Assembly: GCF_001194135.2 (NCBI RefSeq)
Contig: NC_068984.1
Location: 118,984,285-119,048,284 of the forward strand
Direction of reading: 5' to 3'
Source: Octopus bimaculoides
Lineage: Eukaryota
DNA: 64,000 bases
Shown here one piece after another: positions 40,142 to 52,300 of this stretch. Every line of letters starts with the position of its first letter. Position 1 is the first letter of the stretch. The notes under the pieces were generated by a model. The model saw only the letters and a list, made by a program, of their open reading frames with translations, was not told the DNA's origin and did not search any database. Both the position numbers and the translations under genes were made by a program.

Positions 40142-40148
40142 CTCGGTA
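40142..40148 (-). CDS. Candidate 7-nt microexon TACCGAG in VAP intron 5
   Basis: ttggcctttttctttcag|TACCGAG|gtaggt: strong pyrimidine tract and acceptor immediately followed by a strong donor. No transcript evidence. Confidence 0.35.
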
Positions 40149-41183
40149 CTGAAAGAAAAAGGCCAACTTAAATTATTTAGAATGTAAGAGGAAATAAAAA
40201 CCAAGGGAATAGGATGATATTGTATAATCCATCATGATTGACAATTAGAATGAAGTTGTGTCTATCAACACTTTTGCAAATGTGAATAATATATGGCATT
40301 TTTTAAAACTTATCAGGCAATGTAACATATCAGCTTACACAGTATATAATTATTAACACAAATTTAATGTCATTCAATAATAAATTAATTATTGATGTTA
40401 ATAACTCATGCTGGGATAAAAATGAAACAGATTATGGGTAGGTTTCTGACATCTAAATGCTAAATTCATAAATATAATTAGAGTGCATGAACTTTATACT
40501 TTGCACATTCTAAAATTACTCCAAACATTTTTTATCATTTCCTATACACAATCTCATATGAAAATTACACCATACTCAATCAAACAATAACTTACTTTCT
40601 AAAACTTTACAAAAATAGGAGGGATAAGTCCTAAGTCACTAAAATTGTTTATAATAAATTTTCTAATATAGACAAATGTATAATACAGTGATCCTTTTTT
40701 ATTCTAGAATTCTCTGTGCAACAAAAGGATATTATCACATATACTGAAAAGGAAATCATAAATGAAATTTTTCACTAGAATGGGTTTAGAAATTCATATA
40801 GTATTTAGGAATCAAAATACAACATTCTGCTAAGGTAAGTTTATTGATGCTTGTACATTTTTGTAGAAAACTGGAAAAGTTTAAGATTTCAAGGAAGCAA
40901 ATGCTAATAATCAAGTTACAGATCTGATGAAGAGAGTCATTAAAAAAACTATTCTTAGAAAGTAATCAGACAGCACTTTGCAACATGGCTCTGCTCCAGA
41001 TCGCAACAAAAGATTTACTTTATTAATATTGGGAAAACTGTAAGAGATAATAGGAAAATAACTATTTTGTCTTAGTTAAATAACAGAACATATCCAAAAG
41101 GATTACTTTTTACAGTTAAGAAGGCTTGTGCAAAATGCACATTTTTCGATTCTTTGCCTGTCCAAGTGCACTTAAACATTTAA

Positions 41184-41401
41184 CCCTTTAGCATTCAGAT
41201 TATTCTGTCATATGTAACACCTGTTTTATTCACATTTTCAATTAATTATATATCATTTCATAGCTTTGAGATTTCAATGATGTGATTGCTTATTTTTGGA
41301 ATGATATTGTAGATAGAGGAGGTGTGAGAGGCTGGATCTAGCCATTTTGAACATAGAACAGATACACTATTCAGGCCTGATATGGCCAGTTTAAATGCTA
41401 A
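41184..41401 (+). mobile_element. piggyBac-type MITE copy 2
   Basis: TTAA|CCCTTTAGCATTCAG...GATATGGCCAGTTTAAATGCTAA; the right TIR is truncated. Confidence 0.75.
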
Positions 41402-44199
41402 TGTGCACCATTCATTATTATCAGACTATTTAGAAACTACATGGTTCTTTTAGGTAAAGTCTTACCTTTAAAGTAGCAACACATAAAAATGCTCAATTCC
41501 AACTTTTGAACATGTATCTCTCTCAGTTGGTATTGGGAGATTCTAGTAGTCATTATATAAAAACACCAAATACTTTGTGTTGAAGTAAAAAACTTTACAA
41601 TGAAGGATATTTTGAAGCTAATGCTAATATTTAAAAGATAAAAATATATCTAATGCATTGTTGTTGAAATCTAATGAAACAAAGAATAAATTTGACAATT
41701 TAATATTCTAAAGTATAAATCATCATTCTTGTGATATCTTCACGTCTACATTTCTATACTGGTAACCATTTAATAAAAAAGCTCTACCCTAGTTCTTATA
41801 TATTTGATCACTTCAGCTAGGCCCCAACTTCCTTAAATAACATTTAACTACATAATTCCATATAATCTTTGGCCAACACCAACTTGATAGCTTCTTAAAC
41901 CTAGTTTATGTCATAACTTATATAAATCCAAATGAAGGCAATAATAAAAATATTCTCAACACAAGTCTCTAAAATTCAAGTTACAAATCTGGAAAGCTAA
42001 TGTTAACTCATCTTACTTGGTCTTCTAATCAAGTTTATGACCACACTTTTAAGGGACAAAAAATATATATAGTTAGCATACAGTTTATGTAGTGCCTCAG
42101 ATATCCAAGAATTAAATTGGTTAGAGAAAATTTGAATGGTATATAATGCAAGTTATGACACAAACTAGGCTAAAAGCTATCAAGTTGGTGCTTGATTTCA
42201 ACTGGTATTGACTAAAGGTAACATGAAATGATGTAGTTAAATGTTTATTTCATTTCAGTAAATTACTTTTCTTGTTCTAATAAACCAACAGAACCCACCC
42301 CATTCCCAAGTCATTACTTAAGGACATACATAAACTTCCTATAATGGATATCATGGCTTACATCATAAAATAAGTAGCTATGCAACTTTTATTGGCACAA
42401 CTTTGATAGTCTCTTCTCAACATTTTACATTTTTATAGGTTGAGTAAATCTGTAAATTTTTTTCTAAGGAAGTGCATCTACCCATAAGTTCAGTTAACTG
42501 TTACATGGAAGTAACTTTTATTCCTTATATGTAGCATATGAGGCCAGAATTCTCACAACTAACAACAATCAAGGAAAATTTTTGTAACACTTAAAATCTC
42601 TCTTATAAAAAAAACCTTCACATACAAACTTAAAATGAATTAAAGCATTATTTCAAGCATACTTTAGGATGTACTTAATATAAATAAATATGCTTTCTCT
42701 ATAAACACAATTTTATATGACATACAAACATTTCACTGAACTAAATATAAATAGAAATAATAGGAACATGCAAAGCAATTTGGAAGTTTCTTGCACTATA
42801 AAACAAAACAAATGCTAATTTTGTTTTTCAGTAAGCCAAGAGCAATGGATACCACATATGTCTCACAGAATGTACTAGAACAGAGCTATTCTTGAAGCAG
42901 ACAAGAATTTAAGGAGCCTGGAAAACAAAACATCATATACTTCTGGACCTGAAAACATCATTTATAGTTCTAAGTGAACAGTTACCAATCATGAAGAAAC
43001 ATAGCTCATTACAACATTCAAGCAGACTTCTCTCATTACAATCTCTAGCAAGTGATCAGTTACTAACAAGAGGAATTTTCATTGTTAGGTGAGCCATGAA
43101 ACCATAGCAGCTTTCTTTAGCAAGCTACTTGGCGCTATTTTAAACTTGTGTCATAGCAACACTTTTAGCTGTTGTTAGAATGAAGAGGTAGAACTGCAAA
43201 TAAATTTAAGTAAAAAAAAAAAAAAAGTACATTCAAGTATGAAGAATGTTATATTACAACAGAACCAATTGTTTTATTTATTTATGGTTATAGTGTTGCT
43301 GAGGCAAAAAGGAAGACAATCTTATTCATTGCAATTTATGATAAATATTTAAAAACTGAACTCTTTGTTGGTCATTAAAGCCTAGAGATTGTTCTTAACT
43401 TCAGTTTTTGTATGTTAAGCAGATGAGAGAGATTCTCTTAAACAGGGTGCTTATTCTATTGTAGGCAACATCTTAGAAAGCCTGGTGCCTTTTCAGCTAT
43501 AAATGAACTGAAGCAAGTAAATTATCTTTTCCAGAAAAAAACAAAGAAACACATGCAGTGAAATAGAAACTTCTTAGTCATGAGCTAGTTGCCTAATACC
43601 TTAATACTTTACCAATTTTGACTGTTCTAATGGGAATAGGTATTTAATCATGTTTGCAAGTTACAAGCTTTAAGCATACAAATAACTAAAATTCAGATTT
43701 CTAATTAAGAGCTCATTTCTCATCATAATTTACTTCACCAAACACAAGGTGAATATTTTGACCCTTCAGGCTACAGCACTAATTTAGCACAACACTAGTA
43801 TATAATTTATCAATCTACAGACATAAAGAACACTGCCATCATAGGAAATGCTTTGATAGTTAAACTGTTTTAAAAATAATTGAAATTTAATTTGTTCAGC
43901 ATACTGCATTTAAAACACGAAACAGTATCAAATATCACAAACATCAATTTTCATCCATTTCTCCATGCTGACATGGTTTAGACAATAGTATCTTGTTACT
44001 TGTCATGGCTCTGTCACATGAGACATATACCAATAGAGAAGACTATCAGTCATTGAAGAGTATATCATGTTTTACAGTCGAATGCCCCTCCTATCATCAA
44101 CCACTTTACAACAGGGGCTAGGCACATTTTACTAGCTCTAAAGATACCTGCAACAGGACTAGAGAGTCTTCTCTGACCTGCACCAGTTTTTCATCCAAT

Positions 44200-44930
44200 A
44201 ACTCCTCTCCACATTGGCAACCATCATTCTGGTTTGTGGAGTTGACATTTACTTTTTTTCTTAATACTATTTTGGTGGGGAAGATTTTTTTTATTTTTAG
44301 AGGCTGTCTGCAGTAAGGACAACAGTCTAAGGTGGTTAGGCATAAATGTTGTTCTCATTGTCAACAGAGTTAAGCTCACAGTCATAGTCTCAGCTGAAAG
44401 TGAGGTTTTCTCTACGATGTAGTTACAGAAAAAGGAGTATTAAGCTACTAAGAGCAGCTGCACTAATGACAGCAGGGCCTGCATTGCCATTTTTGGGAAA
44501 GGGGTTGTAGGGTGGGTGCATAAGTCATCGGTTTCATTATTGTTGTCATCTAACACTAATGTGTAATATAAGTCAAATCTTAAAATTAGTAACATCATGC
44601 TAGGCTCTAACTCAGGTGTCCAGAAGTATGTTTCACAATCACATGGTTCCACGCTAATACGAATGCACAGCACTGAGCAGTGTCTTGTGCAAAAGTCATG
44701 AGTAAAACTGAGCAGATGATAAGCCATCAGATGAAGTGTACTTAATTCTGAGTAAAAGAGCCAGTCCATCACCCAGTTGATCCACCTGACCTATAAGTGC
44801 TTTCAGCATTCAGACAAGATATCATGCTGCTTACTATTGTATCAACCCATAAGTCAAAGCTTCATCTTGCTTGTCTCAGAGCCAGCAAAATAAGATCAAG
44901 GGTGCTGCCCTTCTTCCCATGACTAAATAA
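44200..44930 (-). mobile_element. Old LINE endonuclease-region remnant (similar relic ~48600-49480)
   Basis: THGKKGSTLDLIL resembles the APE motif T...STLDL; multiple stops. Confidence 0.4.
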
Positions 44931-47900
44931 GATAACACATCTAATCAATGTAGATATCCTGTATTAGATGCAAACAAATGGGAAAAGTTTACGGTACAGC
45001 CCTCTTTTAACTATGAAAACATAAATGGATGAAAAGCATATTATATGACATATGGGTTACTAATGTCGAAGGAGTGCCTGAAAGAAATATGGAATAATGT
45101 GAGTATAATAACTGAGTGTGCAAAAAAAAAAAAGAGACAAGTACAAATGAGCCAGAAAAGAAAGTGGATATTAAAAGTATCAGTTGTTTTCTATAAGAGG
45201 AGTTATTAATATAATGCAAATAGATTCAGTATTTTGTGTGAAACATATTCATACATAACAAGAAAATACGTAAAGCAGAGCCAGTTCTAAGAAATTGTAG
45301 ATTTTTACAAATGAAGTGATCAAGATAAACTGTTGTGTACAACCATTCAATAAATGTTACAACAGATTGTTGTTATTATTATTACCATTTTTTAAAAAAA
45401 TCTTTTAGAACTTAACGATTTACAAAAATTATTCAAACCCATTCAGATAAAAATTCAAAAACAATCTTAACTATATTTTCACATAATGGCCACTTGAACA
45501 AAATGCAGAAAAATCAAAATTTTTTTAAGTGATGCACAAGATATTCAATATATGATAATGAGAATCATAAAATAAGCACAATGAAGTTGTTACATTGAAT
45601 ATTATAATTTCTTTTCAGAGACAAAAATAGAATAAGCACCAAATCTTAGCCATTTTAGAAAACTTGATGTAACCTCTATTAAAGATATCATAAATGACAT
45701 ATACCTTTTGGACTCTGACATTTTGTTATAGTCAAGAAGGTTGAAGTATATATATATTCAACGGACTTGCAAACATGCTCATTTTTAACTTTCACAATAT
45801 ATCATTTCTATTATGATAAATAATCTCTGCCATAGAGGATACAAGGGTTGTTGACACTTATAATTGCAAAAAAATTAGAAGCAACAATTTCTCCATTAAT
45901 AACTTTAGTAATGGTTAAATGATTGAAATAAAGTACATATGTCAGTGTAGGTCATGTTACAATCCTTGAACACAGGAACTTACTCTACAGCCTTTAACAA
46001 CTATAAATCTATATTTTCTGAGATGCAATGATTCTGAACAGCAATAAAGGGATAAAAAATGAAAACAAGGACATAAAGCATGACAGAGTAATAGAAAAAT
46101 TTAGGATAAAATAAATGAAATTCACACAAAATCCCAAAGGATGCTATATTGGAAAACATCTCCAGCCGCTGCTGAGGCAGTTGCAATCAAGCAGTCAGCA
46201 GCATTTCCATAGCCCATTTCCAACTAATTGCCTGACTAGTACTACGTATCAAGTTAAGAAATAGGAATCAAGCATTAGTCATGATGTGGTGATTGGCATT
46301 TCACCAACAAAACACTCATGAAAATAAATTTATAGACCTATCAAAACTATCAATGCTAAACTTATTCAGTCAAACCATATTTTAATTTCCTTTTAACCCA
46401 GATAAGCATTTTTTTTTTTTTTTCTTGACCATTTAAAATTTAGCTGACCACATTTGATAGCAACTATAGAATTTGACACTCCAAAATTAAATCTTTTTAC
46501 AAACAGTATACACTCACTCCATCTTTAACCAACATTTTTATACAAGAGTAATATAAATTTACTATGGTATTATAAGCGGTAAATGAAATCACTGCAGGTT
46601 TCATTTACTCAAAGCATTTACATCTATTTCAGCAAAAACTAGTATTATATTACAATATCTTAGCAGTTCAAAAATGTTTATATTCAATTATGAATATAGT
46701 TCACACCCTGACTATTTTAAAGTGATCTTACTTCCCCATCCTGTGAAACATTATATTGTATTTCACTCAAAAGCAAAATTACATATAACAGGGTACAGTG
46801 CAAATTATGAGGGCTTTTATTTCAGTATCATGATAAACATACTTGATGGAATTCTCACAAATTGTGAGCTAAAATATATATTACATTTCAATAATTGTGA
46901 AATAGACATTAAGCAAAAAAAAAGAAAAAATATGGTTCCCTTTGTAAATGTTTCTATTTATTTTAATAAATATGTCTGATGCCATCTTAATTCATTTTAA
47001 TGAAGAAAGCATGAAAGTTTTCATGCAAATGCTTTCCTCCACTCCTGCCAACCCACTGTTTTCATATATAAATACACACAGTAGTTTTCTAGAAAATGGT
47101 TGGAGATTGAAACATTTTTAGTTACAATAAACATACAAGGTAATCTTAACAGTCCCACCACCTAAAATATATTTATATCAAGACAATGTGATAAATACAC
47201 GTGCATTAACATTTAATTTGTACTGAATCAGGAAAAGAGACAAAGTCAGCTTCAGTACTTTGTTCTGACAATTTGGAGCTAAAGATGAGAGAAGCTACAT
47301 CAATGTTGAGGTCATACAATAATGTTGCAAAAATCTTTGAAAATCAAAGTCTAATAATGCAATCATTTATTTCATCTTTGTAAAATGGAAAGAATTTTAA
47401 CACTTTTATTTCTGTTTTTGTTCAAATGGTGGGCTATAGCAATGTCAACTTCCAACTCAAATTCAGCTGCAATATTGCTGTACAAGATACAACTGATGCA
47501 ACCAGAGTTGAACTTTTGCAACTTTTACACCGACAAAGTCAGGCAGAGTTTGCCATGATGTCACATAAAAATTGACTCACACATGACAGCCTTGATTTAC
47601 TTCTCCCATTCATTTTCATTGAGAATTTCAATCGAACTCAAAACTGCCCAAAATATGCTTCTGCTATAAATTTCTTGAGACGCATTACAGCAAATCCAAA
47701 AATACATGTGCAGCAAAAAAAAAAAAAAAAAAAAACTTTTCCTGGTTCACTGACAAAGCAAATCAGAAGGTAACCCTTCATTTGTACACTATCTAAGACT
47801 CTTTGTCAAGAATGCAACTGCAAGAGTTGATCTGGCAACCTATAAATGTTAATGTGCAACATTCCCAGAATGTCTTGACATACCACTACTAATCTCAACT

Positions 47901-49868
47901 TTTGTGATGCCAGAAATTGAGCCAGAATACTAGCATCGGCCTACTATGATAATCGGGCCTTTTAGTTGTATCAAACACATGCTACTGTTAAACATGACTT
48001 TACTGAACAACTCAATCTAATGGTGAACATCATACCATATCAAACTTTGAAAGAAAGTTCTCAAAAATATTTTGTTTTGTGGCTATGTTGTGTTTTGCTA
48101 GTTGGCAAAAATAATTTTTTTTAAATCTGCCAACATTGCAAGAAGCCAAGACCACTATTAAGTGCCTGCTTGTAGAAAAGTGGTCAGGTTTGGAATATCA
48201 ATATTAACCTCAATCAGAAAAACATTTATCAACATTGTCTATATAGCCCAAACTTAGCAATATCAACACAAAAAGCCTCATTGGATACTCTAATATACAC
48301 TTAAACACAAGCATATACTTTTATTGGAACTACAGTGAAAGACAGTTTCACTGTTTTATTCTCACAAAATATAAATCTGACATTAAAAACGGAAAGAAAG
48401 TACACAAATACTGACATGGAGTAAAGCTGCAATAAGCATTAAAAACTTGAATCTAACAAGGCTATCATTTCTTTTAACATCTGGTGAAAAAAGTACAATA
48501 CAAACAAATGGCAATACATTAATATATTTAATGTCATTTTGTTTTTAAAGATGTATCTTAAGGCTTCTTACACGAAGAGTATTGAATGATGATTAATTTG
48601 AACTGTGACAAGATTGTAGTTGGAGGAAATAAAAATAGTCAGGAAAAGAGTTCTCAGGATACAGGAGTTGGTATAGAAGGGGGATTAGCATATTAAATGC
48701 ATTTCAAGTGTAGATGAGTCCAGAAATTTGATAGTAGGCCAGTCAGTGGTAAGCAAATGCCACTATTAGGTAGAAAAGACCAAGTCTACAAACAGCAGAT
48801 ATCCCATCAAAATCTGTAGACATTTTTGTAGTGTAGAGTATATCTATTTTTAACAGAGTTAGCAGTTGTTCAAGGTTGAAATTATTTCAGGTACTAAAAC
48901 AAATTTTCAATGTTCCAACTTAAACTCCTTCAGAAGTAATTCAGAGCCTCTCTGTAAGAGATTGGAAACTGTGAGGTGTAGAGTCTTTAAAGAAAACAGT
49001 CATGTTGTGCACTGTTCATTTGCAGAGAGGATGTTGAAATTTTATTTTACCGAAACATGAAAATGTCTGTTTTGAGAACAACAACTTTTGCAAGAAAATT
49101 GCAGTCTCCATTATGATAGATGCCTAGATTGTGTGGGCGAGGTTGGTATGTAAAAACTGATAGTAGGGTGGCACAAAGGAAGCAGAGGTATGGTGTTGAT
49201 GAAAGAAAGTTAGTTAGATAATACATGAAACAAAATTACCAAGTGATTCGTTAGGAAGCTTCAGCTGAAGGAGTTAATAGAAAAAGAGTAGCATTGTCAT
49301 TTTTATTTTATGCCATACAAGGTAGAAAAGTTTGCTGATATCAAGGGCAACAACTTTGCAAAAGTAAAATTTCAAAAGCAAGATACTGACTGAATGTGCA
49401 AAATTAAAGTGGGTGTCTTCAATTGAATGACTGAAGACAGATATAATCAGAAAGGTTCGTGTAAACTATCAATTTAGAAATGTGGAACAAAAAGATGATA
49501 ATAATAATAATAAATAAGAAGCTAAATAAAAGAGGTTGAGGCATAGAATTGTTTTCATATTTTGAGAAATTAGAACAGAAGCTAATTTAAGGACCTAGTG
49601 CTCCTAAGTGAGAGGATTGCACTTATCAATTCTAATTAACCTTTTCGATATGTTTTAAGATCCCTGAAAAGAAGTTAGCTAAAATAAACAGCAACATATT
49701 TACTAAAAATGTTAAAATAAGCTATGGTGACAACATAGGATTGTTTTTTCTATTTACATGTAAATGAAACAAAAATTCACAATTTTGTAATTAAGATAAA
49801 AATCAACGATAATAATTAGAAGGTGCCAACAAAATTTCCAAAAATATACCTACAGTTTTAAAACTTAC

Positions 49869-49949
49869 TTTAGGAGATGCCTGTCGCTCTTGCTGTGCAT
49901 GTTTCGCATTAGTTTGGTTAACTGCCTCTTCCAGCACCTCCACATTGTT
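49869..49949 (-). CDS. VAPA/VAPB: VAP coding exon 5 (linker): NNVEVLEEAVNQTNAKHAQQERQASPK
   Basis: Pyrimidine tract ctccttttccccatcatctag, donor gtaagt, open 81 nt, phase 0 to 0. Ends in SPK, as I recall for molluscan VAP-33 linkers. Confidence 0.85.
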
Positions 49950-50640
49950 CTAGATGATGGGGAAAAGGAGCACAACATTTCAGTTTCTTGCACAACACAG
50001 GGTAGATTAAAAACATGCATAGTTTAATCATACCAGTTTTAAGTAAACGTTCCGCCATTTGCAAAAGTACTGATATACTTAGCAAATAACAACCATTACA
50101 TCATGCATTGTATTTAGTATTTTAAACACTTAGGATGAAACTTTTTATAAAGCGGTTAGAAACTGGTTATTTGTAACAATGTTAGAGGCTGGTTATTTTT
50201 AACAATGTTAGTAACAGCAGCAAAAACATGATGTAAGTCTAACTCTATCTTAAATATATTCACAAAGTATTTATAGCATACTCTTTTCTAGTTTCCGATG
50301 TTTGATGCCATTTTCATTTTATTACCATTTTACCAAGTATACAATTTAGCCCCACTGAAAAGTAAAGTAGTTTTCTCCATAACCAGACATGTTTTTATGG
50401 AGGATTGGGAATGAAGGACACTGCATGCATGACAGTGACATTCGTTTATAACCATTACATGAGGTTCAGGCAAGGAGAGACTCTATCATACGCACATACA
50501 AAAGGCTTCTACCAGTTTCTACCACTGGTCAGCTCAGTGCTATAGCAGATGCTTGCCTAAGGTGCCATACAGTGGGATTGAACTTAGAACCATGTGGTTG
50601 GAAAGCAAACTTCTTACCACACAGCCATGCCTGCACCAAC

Positions 50641-50835
50641 ATTATAAATAACCTATAAACAGTCTAAATACACTATAAATAGCCATAAACAAGTTAGTAT
50701 ACACTATAAATAGCTATATCTATATACAGTATAAATAGCTAAATCTATAAACAACTCTGCATACACTATAAATAGCTAAGTCTATATAAATTAGAAATAG
50801 CTGAAAAGCCTGTATATACTATAAATAGCTAAATC
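50641..50835. repeat. Degenerate minisatellite with core CTATAAATAGC
   Basis: Core 10-mer at 50673, 50704, 50766 and 50819; one-mismatch copy at 50729. Confidence 0.85.
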
Positions 50836-51479
50836 TGTGGTGTAACCACTGTTTACTTTTCACAGCATGACTAAATTCTATACTTTTGGAGTTATAACCA
50901 CTAGAGAGAACATCCATATCTATCTAGCAGTCAAGTATCACAATACCAAATGAGTTGGATCTTGTTCTACTCAGAGAATTAAGCCAACTATTCTGTTAGA
51001 GCGTTACATCATTTTCCACAGGCATTTTTCTTAAAACTTATCCAGTAAAATGATTTATGGAGTTACAAACATACATGACCACTAATAGTTGATGATGACT
51101 GTCCATAGGAAACGTCAAGAGTTAGAAGTAAATCTACCACTTCCAGTGCTTTCTGCTCATAGCTGCCATGAGTATCATGTCAAATCTCTCAAGTTATGTT
51201 TAGCCATGTATCTCAAACTGGGGTCCACCCTAGTTTCTCTAGTATTACCCAGGTAACTATTATTAGACTATCCTGGTAACTAACATGCCAAAACTAGTGG
51301 AGACTTAAATGTACCAATATTTCTACAATGTTCAGAAGATTGGCTTTCTATAAGACTGAGGATATTTGCAACCTTATCTTTTCATGACCTGAAATGCATG
51401 CAGTTTTTTTTAATCATTATTCATGCATGCAACCTCTATAATAGAGTGAATAATATTATTGCCTGGCATACTTTGTGCT

Positions 51480-52300
51480 TCATTTGAGTCAACACATGCT
51501 TGTTACTCTTTCAACCTTCCAAATGCTGAGCTGGCCCTGCTCATCCTGTGATTGAGTTCATCAATGAGTTGACATACCATCGTTTGTAATTGGCTGACCT
51601 CTGCCAGACCCTGCCATCTAATGATGACTGTATTCAAGCTGTGCCACTTGGATTGAATCCGGATTTGGCTGGCAAAGAATTAAACTTTGTAATTACACTA
51701 ACAAAGATAAGGATATGAACTTCAGTGAACAACAATTCTCTTACTAACATAGATGGTATTTGTCATAGCTTTCAGGTACAATACTTTAAGCAGATTAGCA
51801 TCAAGTATCTTCAGTATACATTTACTTTACAGCATGCTTTCTCAAACATCACTGACAAAGCACACAGCCATCCAAACTGTGTAAAGCTGGGACAGACCAG
51901 GATGGCCTGAGCACTTTTACCAGTGTTTATCGGATGTCATTAAATCTGAGCCTTCTTAACATCTGCCACAAGCCCAACCAAAAGTTTAAGTCAACAAGGA
52001 CTACATACAATGTTTCTCTTTGCCATTTTCCTACATTTTTGTTGGAATCCTGTCTACTCTTGGCCCATTTCTAAAAGCGACCCAAGGTGACCAATGCACT
52101 CAGTGAATAACTGTATTGTAACATCACATTTTCCAAAGTTTCCAGCTCAATGTGACCTGGTACAGTGAGCAATGATTGTCGGAAATATTGTAATATTGCA
52201 CCTGGCCAGGTCATTAATTTGTGAAATCTATGTCTTTGGCTAAGCTCTGTAGCTTCATTTTTATAATTCAAAGCATATCCAATCAAAATATTTTTGAACA
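51480..52300 (-). mobile_element. RTE-clade RT C-terminal remnant (another RT relic at 60320-60490 +, VGINQSSILSSLL)
   Basis: IDELNHRMSRASSAFGR matches the RTE motif IDxEIxxRIxKASxAFGRL. Confidence 0.55.

Noticed and set aside
47000-48200. hAT transposase remnant (HSGNVAH resembling HCxAH)
   Set aside because: The motif match is too short and degraded to call by eye; it needs a profile search.
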